Below are positions 40,556-52,486 of a stretch of 64,000 bases of DNA, piece after piece. A program made the position numbers and the translations under genes. The stretch spans positions 418,810,001 to 418,874,000 of the forward strand of contig OZ024740.1 of the NCBI GenBank assembly GCA_964016885.1, in the 5' to 3' direction. The notes beneath the pieces were generated by a model that searched no databases, had not been told where the DNA came from, and worked only from the letters and a program-made list of their open reading frames with translations. Each line of letters starts with the position of its first letter. Position 1 is the first letter of the stretch. This DNA comes from Eledone cirrhosa. Lineage: Eukaryota.

Positions 40556-42837
40556 TATTAATATTATTATTATTATTCTCTACATTCCTTACATCAAACT
40601 AAAATATGTCGACAATCTTTTAATAATGTCTTCCTTGTGAAATTTGTGGTCTTGTTTTGCTTAACTAATGAATATATATATATATAGCCTGTTATTGAGT
40701 AATGTAAAAAGTAGCCTTCTTCTTCTTTGACTTTGAATCACTAAACATTAAACTATGTTAGTTGGTACATTTATTACCATTAAAAGACTTGGTATTTACA
40801 ACCTAATGTGACATTAAAATTACCAGATATGATGATATCACTATTATAAATTGTTGACTTAGTTTACACAAGTGCCTCATAAAATTAGCCCTTTTACTCA
40901 TTCATTAATCCAAACTGTTGGATACAAGTAGAGATTATAAATGATGTCACACTAAATATCATTCCTCCAACTTTAATTATTCTCTCATTTTATCACTTCA
41001 TTAATTCCAGTTCTCTACAACTCTCTTTTTCTAGATGAACTTTCCTAACCCACATCAGCATGGAAAAACAAACATTAAAACAATGATAAACTTGATGATT
41101 ATATACATATATGACAAATAAAGGGCTGGCAGGACCCCTCAGTTCTGTCAAGGCCATGACAGCCTCCTTAGTGTTGGTGATCTACACAATAAACACACCC
41201 AGTCCAACCTGTTAAGTGGTTGGTGATAAGAAGAGCATCCAGCCATGGAAAGCTTGCCAAACAAAGGGTTGGAAGGACACTTTAGTTGTGTCAAAGACAT
41301 GACAACCTCTCCTGTGCACTTGGTAGAATATGAGACTGTACTTTAGTGAGACAACAGATCCCTGACTTGTCTGGGATCAATAACTTCACTTCAGTACTGA
41401 CTTAATCAATGTAAACCCGTCCAACCCTTGCTTGCAGGGAAATTGGGCATTAAAACGATGATGACAATATATATAAATATAATAAAATGCACGCGCTCAC
41501 ACACATACACATAAACAAGACAAACAGATCCCTGGCTTGTCTGGGGGGGATCAATAGTTCCATGTCAATACTGACTTAATTTATGTAAACCCGTCCAACC
41601 TTTGCTAGAATGAAAAGCAGATGTTAAAAGGATGACAATGATGATGATAATATACATGACCAAGTAGTTAACAAGATTGCTTTGAATAACCATGAGAGCA
41701 TAGGTTTTATTCTGTTTGGTATCTTGGTCTTCTGACCAGGTTAACCTAAAACCTTTTAAGTGAAACTGAGTAAACAGAAAATGTGGGAAGAACATTTTGT
41801 ATGTATGGACCCATAAGCCATGATGAAGTTATATAAATGCTGTAGGGATATATGACATGTCTTTGGCATTTTAAACCTGATAAAGCACATCTCCTCTCCA
41901 TGTCTTAACACAGCTGATTTTCTCCAGAGAAGGAGAGAGATAGAGAGGAAGTGAGAAAGAGATATAGAGAAAGGATCAACCTCAGTATTGGACTGGTACT
42001 TTTTTATCAACTTCAAAAGGATGAAAAGCAAAGTTGACCTTGGTGGGTTTTGAACTTAGAGCCCAGAGAGGCAGAAGCATTCTACCCAATTCTAATTCTG
42101 CCAATTCACTACCCCAGCATGACCACAGTCTACTGACTGAAACAAGTAAAAGAATAAAACAATAACAACTGTGAAATTTTTTTTTTTTTTAAATGTTCAC
42201 TTGGAACATCTGACTCATAAAATGACAAGTCAGTCAATCATATTGGTGGCCTCCCCACAGCCCTGGCGGACAGAATGAAGAAGGCGTTTCCCCAGAGGAC
42301 GGCAACAGAGACGCGCTGGAAAAGCCATTCCAGCTCGCGAGGCTCACACCTGCGGCTGGCCAACTCAGCACCTATGGTGGTGTATTTATGGTTTCATAAC
42401 TTCTGAGAGAGTCACAGGAGCAGTGTACTAACATACAGTGATTTTAGGCTATTTAAAAACCTGGCTGAGCCCATTTCTCTCCAGGTCAGAAAAGGATAGA
42501 GAGAGAGAGTGAAGGAGAATGAAAGTAGAGAAAAGATATATTGGAAGAAACGACCCTAGTACAAAGTTGACCTAGACAGGATTTGGGGAGCAGAGAGCCA
42601 AAACAAATACTGCACAGCATTCTATTTGATGTTCTAACAACCGTTAATTCACCGTCTTCCATGTGGGTATATACACCCACGTAAATGAACACATAAATAT
42701 ATAAAAATAAATGTGGTGCCCCAGCATGGCCTCAGCCCTTCGGCTGGAACACATAATAGAAAAAATAATAGAAAACAAATGAACAAACAAAAATATATAT
42801 GTTTTTTGTTTTCTGTTTCAGTTTTGATAAAGAAGAA

Positions 42838-42872
<35 letters not shown>

Positions 42873-43143
42873 AGAAGAAGAAGAAGAAGAAGAAGATATA
42901 AAATATTGGAAATATAGTTTAGTAAAAGATTAAAGCTGGAATGTTTGATGAGAAATCAGACAAAATGTTTTATGGCTTCTAGTCTGTAACTTCCAACTTC
43001 TGAAGTTGCTCACTTTACCATTTACCATTTTAGTAGCAACAGAATAAGTTTCAAGAAAGGACAGGACAGCCAAATATTTCTATACTAAAATAAAAATTGA
43101 GTTTTTGTTTAAAAAAAATAAAATCATTATATATATCATCATA

Positions 43144-43333
43144 GGGCGGGGGATTGGCAGTATCGGTAGAAGGTTGGATGCCATGCTTTGCAGCATAGAG
43201 TAACGCCCCTTTATAGTCTGAGTTCAAATCCTGCTGAGGTTCACTTTGCCTTTCATCTTTACGGGTCGATAAAATAAAGTACCAGTAATGTCCTGGGATA
43301 ATTGCTGGCCTTGTGCCAAAAGTAGAAACAATT
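43144..43333 (+). mobile_element. SINE family A
   Basis: Family consensus; flanking ATTATATATATCATCATA duplicated. Confidence 0.8.
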
Positions 43334-43371
43334 ATATATATATCATCATATATTATATATATATATATAAT

Positions 43372-43685
43372 GGAGGCACATGGCTTAGTGGTTAGAGCAT
43401 TGGCCTTGCAATCGAAAGGTTGTGAGTTCAATTCTCAGACCGGGTGATGTGTTGTTTCCTTGAGCAAGACACTTTATTTCACATTGCTCCAGTTTACTCA
43501 GCTGTAGAAATGAAATGATAGGGACCCCATAGTGGTCGTGGAGGTGCCACGGCAAAAAAAACACCCAGCACTCACTGTAAATGAGGTTGGTGTTAGGAAG
43601 GGCATCCAGCTGTAGAAATCAAGCCAGAATCAGTTCCCATCCCACCCTTGCAAGCAGGGAAAAAGTGGACGTAAAATGAAATGAA
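43372..43685 (+). mobile_element. tRNA-derived SINE family B with an RTE-derived 3' tail
   Basis: A-box TGGCTTAGTGG, B-box GAGTTCAATTC, core CCTTGAGCAAGACACTTTATTTCACATTGCTCC; 3' part matches the RTE 3'UTR (CACCCAGCACTCACTGTAAATGAGGTTGGTGTTAGGAAGGGCATCCAGCTGTAGAAATCAAGCC). Confidence 0.85.
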
Positions 43686-43800
43686 TATATATGTAGAGGT
43701 TATATTTAATTTGTTGGGATACTATCCAGGAGATTCCAACCAGAATGGTTGCATTTTTTCAGGGTATGTCAATATTTATTTATAAAACTAACCTATATTA

Positions 43801-43866
43801 TATTTTATCTGATGAAAGCGCACCATAGTTTGCCTTGGTGGCCCTTGAAATATGTATAATGAAATA
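43801..43866 (+). ncRNA. Type-I hammerhead ribozyme (family H1)
   Basis: TATTTTAT-CTGATGA-AAGCGCACCA...TGGTGGCCCTT-GAAA-T-ATGT-A-TA-ATGAAATA. Confidence 0.75.
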
Positions 43867-44164
43867 AATATGGTTTTATAAATATAGTTTCCATTTGTTA
43901 ATATATTGTATATACATATATATATGCAGAAGTTATATTTAATTTGTTGGGATTCCAACAAGCTTAAAGGTTTATAACTGATATAAAGCACTCAACAGTT
44001 ACTGGAGTAAATATTCAATATATTAATAAATGGAAACTATATTTGTAAAACCATAATTATTTTATTATATATATTCCAAGGCAGTCTTGGTGTGCTTTCA
44101 GTGAACTTTCAACTGTCAAGGTTGTTTTTCCACGGTTATGTCAATATTTATAAAACAAATCTTG

Positions 44165-44229
44165 TATTTTATCTGATGAAAGCGCACCAAGGCTGCCTTG
44201 GTAGCCCTTGAAATATATATAATAAAATA
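44165..44229 (+). ncRNA. Type-I hammerhead ribozyme (family H1, best-formed copy)
   Basis: TATTTTAT-CTGATGA-AAGCGC-ACCAAGG-CTG-CCTTGGT-AGCCCTT-GAAA-T-ATAT-A-TA-ATAAAATA; palindromic loop III. Confidence 0.8.
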
Positions 44230-44299
44230 ATTATGGTTTTATAAATATAGTTTCCATTTATTAATATATTGTATATATATATATATATACATATCATCA

Positions 44300-44630
44300 T
44301 CATTTCATTTTACATCCGCTTTTTCCCTGCTTGCAAGGGTGGGACAGGAACTGATTCTGGCTTGATTTCTACAGCTAGATGCCTTTCCTAACACCAACCT
44401 CATTTACAGTGAGTGCTGGGTGCTTTTTGCTGTGGCACCTCCACGACCACTTTTCAGTGGAATGATATGGACCCCAGTCCCTATCATCTCATTTTTACAG
44501 CTGAGTAAACTGGAGCAATGTGAAATAAAGTGTCTTGCTCAAGGAAACAACACATCACCCGGTCTGAAAATTGAACTCACAACCTTTCGATTGCAAGGCC
44601 AATGCTCTAACCACTAAGCCATGTGCCTCC
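44300..44630 (-). mobile_element. SINE family B, inverted relative to 43372-43685
   Basis: Near reverse complement of 43372-43685. Confidence 0.85.
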
Positions 44631-44705
44631 ATATATATAAAATATATATAAAATAATTAAGTCAAATATTAAAATTTGGCTTCGTTTATTATGAATTATA
44701 GATAT

Positions 44706-44760
44706 ACTGCTATATATATTTCGGTGACAGCCATCATTGGCTGTGACCTCTTCAGGCAGT
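44706..44760 (-). ncRNA. Type-I hammerhead ribozyme (family H2)
   Basis: Minus strand: ACTGC-CTGAAGA-GGTCACAGCCA-ATGA-TGGCTGTCACC-GAAA-T-ATAT-A-TA-GCAGT. Confidence 0.8.
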
Positions 44761-44896
44761 CCGAATTGGTGTGGGAAAGACAGGTACACATGTTGTTGAA
44801 GTGTGTTTTACTCCGTCAATACATTGATATGTCCAGCTCCTGGTTGTGTTGTTATTCCTCTGAGGAACTGGAATCGGTAAACAACCAACATATACT

Positions 44897-44951
<55 letters not shown>

Positions 44952-45436
44952 CTACATATGTTGTAAACTCTGGACCGAATTACTATCTACGGATAATCCA
45001 CTATCTTTATAACTCCTACATAATCGAGGCATATGAAACCGATTGGACTAGCCTCTACGGTAGATACACATATGTAGTGACTCCTCGCCCGATGTGTGTT
45101 TTTTCAGGAACTAAACCATTTTTGTTATGTATTTTTGCTTTAGCCTGATCATGCATTAACCCCACTTTGCTTGTGTTTAGCTTGTATTTATGTGGTACCA
45201 GTTTATATACAGGTTTAGTACCCATGGTCCACTTAATTCCATAGCCTACTAGTATACCTTGATTATGTATACTATGGGGAGGAATAAAATCCCATTTGGG
45301 CTTTCTGAAGATACCTTGGGAGCCTTTTAGTATTTCTATAACTCTAAGTTATGGAGAGCTAAATCACCTGTCATATATAGTGACCAACGCATGGCTTCCT
45401 TTGTTTTTTGTGTGCTTTAAAACTTTTTCTTTTTTC

Positions 45437-45573
45437 TTTTTTAATTTTTTAATTTTTTAATTTTTTAATTTTTTAATTTTTTAATTTTTTAATTTTTTAA
45501 TTTTTTAATTTTTTAATTTTTTAATTTTTTAATTTTTTAATTTTTTAATTTTTTAATTTTTTAATTTTTTAAT
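45437..45573. repeat. (TTTTTTAA)n octamer array
   Basis: Direct reading. Confidence 0.95.
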
Positions 45574-45855
45574 CTCTTTTTATCTCTATTATTATTTTCC
45601 TTTTACTTTTTATTATATGTTTTAACTATTTATACTTTTTGCTTTTATGTGCCCTCACGTGCTTCTGCATCTTGTGAAAATATCTGCCTGTACCATTGCA
45701 TTTAGCTGTAGTGTTGAATAACAAACTCACTATGCACTCTCTCCATACTCGCCATTCACAATCTCCCTCTTGTTACCCTCTATTGTATTTATAATGTTCA
45801 TGTGACTAAGCTCGGTAGAGCTTATACTCAGCACTGTATTTTTGTTTATAAAGAT

Positions 45856-45894
45856 CTGATGATTCCTGCCCAATGGTATGGATGAAACATTGTC
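45856..45894 (+). ncRNA. Hammerhead core with a weak stem I
   Basis: CTGATGA-TTCCTGCC-CAAT-GGTATGGAT-GAAA-C-ATT-G-TC; flanks pair poorly. Confidence 0.45.
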
Positions 45895-46228
45895 AGCAAA
45901 TAAAAATTGTATGAGTATGTAGGAGTTCTTTGATTTCTTTTACATATAACGGCTCTGTCCTCGTACATTGAGCTTATACAATACTGTCACAAATACAACA
46001 CGGTACAGGTGCGTTTATGCGCATATGCTCCATGGTCTACGTAAACAAATAAATATATATATATATATATATAAAAGGTAAACAGAAATAACAACACAAT
46101 CAGTACAGTATACATTATATATATTATACATTATATAGTATATACAGTATATATCTATATAGTATATACAGTATACATTATATATATATTATACATTATA
46201 TATATAGTATACATTATATATATATCAT

Positions 46229-46269
<41 letters not shown>

Positions 46270-46627
46270 AAAGGTAAACAGAAATAACAACACAATCAGT
46301 ACAGTATATGGAAGGAATATATTAGGTTAACGCTTGAAATAGCAGGAAGAGGGTCTGGACGTTTTGGACACTAGTCTTTCATCAGAAGAAAGAATGAGAA
46401 ATAAGATAGATTGAAGGGACGGGCGGGTTGGAATTGGAAAAAATGTCTTTAGATAAAAATAACAGGTCCATTCATGTTGACATCTCTTGGAAAACTGTTG
46501 ATGCTGGTGTTTTGTGTGTGTGTGTGTGTGTGTGTGTAAATATCCAATTGACTTAAGAAACATCAGGAAAATTTGAGATTTGAAATGTAATTGTATGTAT
46601 GTATGTACACAATAGATATACACATTT

Positions 46628-47135
46628 GTGTGTGTATGTGCATGTGTGTTTGTGTGTATGTGTGTGCATGTGTGTGTATGTGTAAGTGTATTTGTATGTG
46701 TGTGTGTGAGTGTGTGTGAATATGTATGTGTGTGTGTCTGTATATCTGTATGTCTCTATGTGTATGTATGTGTTTGTGTGTGTGTCTGTATATGTGTATA
46801 TGTATGTGTGTGTTTGTTTGTGTGTATGTATGTATATGTGTATGTGTGTGTATGTACGTGTGTTTATGTGTGTGTCTGTGTGTATATGTGTATGTATATG
46901 TATGTGTCTATGTGTGTCTATGTGTGTCTATGTGTATATGTATATGTGTGTGTATATGTATGTGTCTATGTGTGTCTATGTGTGTATGTATATGTGTGTG
47001 TATATGTATATGTATATGTATGTGTGTGTATGTGTGCAAGTTTATGTGTATGCATGTGTATGAGTGTGTCTCTATGTATGAGTATATATATATGTGTGTG
47101 TGTGCGTGTATATATATGTGTGTATATGTATGTCT
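46628..47135. repeat. (TG/TA)n compound microsatellite
   Basis: Direct reading. Confidence 0.92.
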
Positions 47136-47197
47136 GAACTAAGAGACAAAAGCAACACAACAGAGACAAATGTGATATTATGATATATATAACTTAC

Positions 47198-47356
47198 CAA
47201 TAACACCGGAACCAATAATAGAATTAATCAAGTTGAAGCTTGTCATTGGTATATTGTTACGAAGTTTCCCATCATCCTTTGCTGGTTCAGCCACCAGTTG
47301 ACTAGATTCACTCATGCCACTGATGCTACTAGCATCAGACATGCTTTGTAAAGTCT
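47198..47356 (-). CDS. SLC38A11: SLC38A11-like exon, TLQSMSDASSISG...NNIPMTSFNLINSIIGSGVI(G)
   Basis: ttttAG acceptor, G|GTAAGT donor, 159 bp; FNLINSIIGSGVIG is the TM1 signature of SLC38/Aa_trans; joins in phase to 24955-25029. Confidence 0.92.
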
Positions 47357-47478
47357 CTAAAAATATATTTAATAAAAGTACATCAATATTTTTTGATCAG
47401 TAAATTGTATTCATTATCTAAAAACATTTGTTAAAATCTAAAATGATTTTATTCTTTAATGAAATTCTAACAAGGAAA

Positions 47479-47678
47479 NNNNNNNNNNNNNNNNNNNNNN
47501 NNNNNNNNNNNNNNNNNNNNNNNNNNNNNNNNNNNNNNNNNNNNNNNNNNNNNNNNNNNNNNNNNNNNNNNNNNNNNNNNNNNNNNNNNNNNNNNNNNNN
47601 NNNNNNNNNNNNNNNNNNNNNNNNNNNNNNNNNNNNNNNNNNNNNNNNNNNNNNNNNNNNNNNNNNNNNNNNNNNNNN
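47479..47678. other. Assembly gap (200 N)
   Basis: Run of n. Confidence 1.
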
Positions 47679-47709
47679 TGATCTTTTATTTGATTCTATT
47701 TTGACTTAC

Positions 47710-47722
47710 TGAGCAGCTTCAT
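47710..47722 (-). CDS. Possible first coding bases (MKLL) of the SLC38A11-like gene
   Basis: ATG AAG CTG CTC A|GTAAGT has the phase needed to join exon 47198-47356; no homology support, and it lies across the gap. Confidence 0.25.
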
Positions 47723-47875
47723 GATCTCAGATCAAATGTTCTCTAGATCAAATAACAAGGTAGGTCAACTCATTTGGAGTATTCTGGTCAGTGGTTAAGA
47801 ACTGGATTGAGTTCTCCAGATTTACAGAAAAGTTTAGAGTTGAGACGGAATATTTTCAACACAGTCAATTTTAGA

Positions 47876-47924
47876 ATGCTGCTGCTGTTGTTGTTACTGA
47901 TATTGTTGTTGTTGTTGTTGTTAG

Positions 47925-47959
<35 letters not shown>

Positions 47960-48077
47960 TTGTTACTGATGTTGTTGTTGTTGATGCTGCTGCTGCTGCT
48001 GCTGCTGCTGTTGTTGCCGCTGTTGTTGTTACTGTCATTGCTGCTATTGTTGATGCTGTCGTTGCTGCTGTTGCTGC
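47876..48077. repeat. (CTG/TTG)n trinucleotide array
   Basis: Direct reading; the poly-Leu ORF here is spurious. Confidence 0.92.
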
Positions 48078-49399
48078 ATACAGCAGTGAGTTGTTCTTAA
48101 TTTCAATATTTATTTACATCTACCCTCGGGTCCCAAATAATGGGGGGGGGGGGGATAGGGAATAAGCGGGGGATTGGACATTTGCTTAAATTCTTATAAG
48201 AAGAGGGTTGGGAAATTGGTAATTGTATAGTGTATGTTCGTAAATATGGGATTTCTTGTAATGTTCTTTTTTTGTCATATATAATGTTTTTTTTAATCAT
48301 CATCATCATCATCATCGTTTAACGTCTATCTTCCACGCTAGCATGGGTTAGACGGGAATTGTCCACTTGAGGCAAGATTGATCGAGTGACCGTGTCTCGC
48401 TCGTATAGGACTGTATCTGGCAGGTTTTCTACGGCTGGATGCCCTTCTTAACACCAACCACATTTACAGTGTGGACTGGGAGCCTTTTTACTGTGTCTGC
48501 TACATGACCACTTTACAGCGTGGACTGGGAACTTTTTACTGTGTTACCTACATGGCCACATTACAGCGTGAACTGTGTTTTTTAGTTGTGACACCTACAC
48601 AACCTCATTAGTTTGGACTGGATGTTCTGTGGTATCAACATAACTTAATGTAAAATAAAATTATCATTAGATTCTCCAGCTGCTTTATCAATATGAATCA
48701 CTTACAATAAATTTCGCCAGAGATAGATTAGATAAATTTAATAAGCGGGGGAAGGGGGGTTCTGAAAAATTAATAAGTGGGGGGTAGGGGGCTTTCCTGC
48801 GGTGTTTTTGAACTATAAATCCCATCAGTTGTTCAAAAGAATCTGTGTAAAGGTGAGACATCAACTGCATTCTAAAGTTTATCCAAACAATATTATATTT
48901 AAATACAGTACAGGAAGCACTTCTTTAATATAAGTCTTCTTCTTCTTCTTCTTCTTCTTCTTCTTCTTCTTCTTCTTCTTCTTCTTCTTCCGGGGGTTGA
49001 CCCCAAACAAGATGGTCTTGTGAGAAGCAACTGTTTCCAACTGATCTGGTTGGATCCCCAAGCGAGACCAGTTCAGGGATGTTATCCAACCATCTTGTTT
49101 GGGGTCAACCCCGGAACTCCTTCCGGCTGGTTTTGCCTCATAAAATCTGTCCAGCAACTCTTTCTAATATAAGTCATTTACTAACATTTTTTCCTCCTCC
49201 TCCCTCTCATCATCATCATCATCCCCCCCTCCTCCTCCTCCTCATCATCATCATCGACAACAATAGCAGCATCATTTAATGGGTTGTCATGTTATGAGAC
49301 AATTCAGGTCAGTTCTGTATTTTGAAATGGTTTCTCCAGCTGGATAACCTCCCTAGCACCAACTATGTTACAGTATATTACTCAGTATATTTCTTGTTA

Positions 49400-52272
49400 C
49401 CTTCTTTATGTTCTCTGTATTAAATATTTTATGAATTTAACATCACAAGACAAAACAGTTATATCATCTACCACTCATTGTTTCAATTGTTTTCATGCTC
49501 AGAGTTGCTGAAGCATGGAACAAACTCCCTGCATCAGTTGTTAGCTGTCGAGACACTGCATCCTTTAAAACTACCATCGAACAAACTACCTGCAACAGTT
49601 GTTAGCTGTCGAGACACTGCATCCTTTAAAACCTCCATGGAACAAACTACCTGCATCAGTTGTTAGCTGTCGAGACACTGCATCCTTTAAAACCTCCATG
49701 GAACAAACTACCTGCATCAGTTGTTAGCTGTCGTGACACTGCATCCTTTAAAACCTCCATGGAACAAACTCCCTGCATCAGTTGTTAGCTGTTGAGACAC
49801 TGCATCCTTTAAAACCTCCATGGAACAAACTACCTGCATCAGTTGTTAGCTGTCGAGACACTGCATCCTTTAAAACCTCCATGGAACAAACTACCTGCAT
49901 CAGTTGTTAGCTGTCGAGACACTGCATCCTTTAGAACCTCCATGGAACAAACTCCCTGCATCAGTTGTTAGCTGGCGAGACACTGCATCCTTTAAAATCT
50001 CCATGGAACAAACTGCCTGCATCAGTTGTTAGCTGTCGAGACACTGCATCCTTTAAAACCTCCATGGAACAAACTATCTGCATCAGTTGTTAGCTGTTGA
50101 GACACTACATCCTTTAAAACCTCCATGGAACAAACTCCCTGCATCAGTTGTTAGCTGTCGAGACACTGCATCCTTTAAAACCTCCATGGAACAAACTACC
50201 TGCATCAGTTGTTAGCTGTCGAGACACTGCATCCTTTAAAACCTCCATGGAACAAACTCCCTGCATCAGTTGTTAGCTGTCGAGACACTGAATCCTTTAA
50301 AACCTCCATGGAACAAACTGCCTGCATCAGTTGTTAGCTGTGGAGACACTGCATCCTTTAAAATCTCCATGGAACAAACTACCTGCATCAGTTGTTAGCT
50401 GTCGAGACACTGCATCCTTTAAAACCTCCATGGAACAAACTCCCTGCATCAGTTGTTAGCTGTCGAGACACTGCACCCTTTAAAACCTCCATGGAACAAA
50501 CTACCTACATCAGTTGTTAGCTGTCGAGACACTGCATCCTTTAAAACCTCCATGGAACAAACTCCCTGCATCAGTTGTTAGTTGTCGAGACACTGCATCT
50601 TTTAAAACCTCCATGGAACAAACTATCTGCATCAGTTGTTAGCTGTTGAGACACTGCATCCTTTAAAACCTCCATGGAACAAACTCCCTGCATCAGTTGT
50701 TAGTTGTCGAGACACTGCATCCTTTAAAACCTCCATAGAACAAACTATCTGCATCAGTTGTTAGCTGTTGAGACACTACATCCTTTAAAACCTCCATGGA
50801 ACAAACTCCCTGCATCAGTTGTTAGCTGTTGAGACACTACATCCTTTAAAACCTCCATGGAACAAACTACCTGCATCAGTTGTTAGCTGTCGAGACACTG
50901 CATCCTTTAGAACCTCCATGGAACAAACTCCCTGCATCAGTTGTTAGCTGGCGAGACACTGCATCCTTTAAAATCTCCATGGAACAAACTACCTGCATCA
51001 GTTGTTAGCTGTCGAGACACTGCATCCTTTAAAACCTCCATGGAACAAACTCCCTGCATCAGTTGTTAGCTGTTGAGACACTGCATCCTTTAAAACCTCC
51101 ATGGAACAAACTACCTGCATCAGTTGTTAGCTGTCGAGACACTGCATCCTTTAAAACCTCCATGGAACAAACTACCTGCATCAGTTGTTAGCTGTCGAGA
51201 CACTGCATCCTTTAGAACCTCCATGGAACAAACTCCCTGCATCAGTTGTTAGCTGGCGAGACACTGCATCCTTTAAAATCTCCATGGAACAAACTACCTG
51301 CATCAGTTGTTAGCTGTCGAGACACTGCATCCTTTAAAACCTCCATGGAACAAACTATCTGCATCAGTTGTTAGCTGTTGAGACACTACATCCTTTAAAA
51401 CCTCCATGGAACAAACTCCCTGCATCAGTTGTTAGCTGTCGAGACACTGCATCCTTTAAAACCTCCATGGAACAAACTACCTGCATCAGTTGTTAGCTGT
51501 CGAGACACTGCATCCTTTAAAACCTCCATGGAACAAACTCCCTGCATCAGTTGTTAGCTGTCGAGACACTGAATCCTTTAAAACCTCCATGGAACAAACT
51601 GCCTGCATCAGTTGTTAGCTGTTGAGACACTGCATCCTTTAAAACCTCCATGGAACAAACTCCCTGCATCAGTTGTTAGTTGTCGAGACACTGCATCCTT
51701 TAAAACCTCCATAGAACAAACTATCTGCATCAGTTGTTAGCTGTTGAGACACTACATCCTTTAAAATCTCCATGGAACAAACTCCCTGCATCAGTTGTTA
51801 GCTGTTGAGACACTACATCCTTTAAAACCTACATGGAACAAACTCCCTGCATCAGTTGTTAGCTGTCGAGACACTGCATCCTTTAAAACCTCCATGGAAC
51901 AAACTATCTGCATCAGTTGTTAGCTGTTGAGACACTACATCCTTTAAAACCTCCATGGAACAAACTCCCTGCATCAGTTGTTAGCTGTCGAGACACTGTA
52001 TCCTTTAAAACCTCCATGGAACAAACTATCTGCATCAGTTGTTAGCTGTCGAGACACTGCATCCTTTAAAACCTCCATGCTTCCTGAGATTCGCCAACAC
52101 TACCCCTAATATTCCCCCTCCATACACATGCACACATGTATATCATGAGTCATACACTATTCACTTCCCTGACATTTGTATATTATTCTATGTACTATAC
52201 ATGCACCTTTGATGAGTTGTAGTGCACCTGAGCACTGTACACAATAATTTCATTATTATTATTATTATTATT
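49400..52272 (+). mobile_element. CR1/L2-like LINE 3' remnant hosting the 61-bp satellite, with an (ATT)n tail
   Basis: FMLRVAEAWNKLPASVVSCRDTASFKTSMLPEI matches the R(V/I)..WN.LP..VV......FK..L C-terminal motif of CR1/Jockey-group ORF2; 3'UTR followed by (ATT)n. Confidence 0.7.
49514..52079. repeat. 61-bp tandem satellite, ~42 units
   Basis: GGAACAAACTACCTGCATCAGTTGTTAGCTGTCGAGACACTGCATCCTTTAAAACCTCCAT repeated. Confidence 0.97.
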
Positions 52273-52486
52273 GAATGCCATGGTTGACGGAGGCTCGGCT
52301 CTGTAAGGTATAGTAATTTTTAACCGTTAAAACAATTGTAAATTGTTTAAAACTTGAACCAAATTGTTGATAAAGACACCCTCCTCCTCGTGAGAGGGGT
52401 CTTTCTGTCCGTTATTTGGCCCTTCGGGGTTAAATAACCAGTTATTGGGGTTTTGTACCCAAAATTTCATTTTAAACAAAAAAAAC

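Larger units (their letters stand above)
33211..40672 (-). mobile_element. Penelope-like (Naiad-type features) insertion: full copy 33211-36755, tandem 5'-truncated copy 36756-39077, inverted copy 39078-40672
   Basis: N-terminal SLKSIPIP..YLK.LI..V..FI.RIRWK; RT motifs FIQFDI, MGSSDSAQI, GIYRDD, VNFLDV; CNC..CPLNGHC linker; IVYRC...SYIGST GIY-YIG; pseudo-LTR present three times. Confidence 0.92.

Noticed and set aside
43372-43445. tRNA-like sequence
   Set aside because: It is a SINE head continuing into core and LINE-derived tail, not a tRNA gene.
47774-48100. Poly-Leu ORF resembling a membrane protein
   Set aside because: CTG/TTG microsatellite.
49514-52079. CRISPR-like regular array (also 1-1355 and 5051-8350)
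   Set aside because: No unique spacers, no cas genes, and a eukaryotic context; these are plain tandem repeats.
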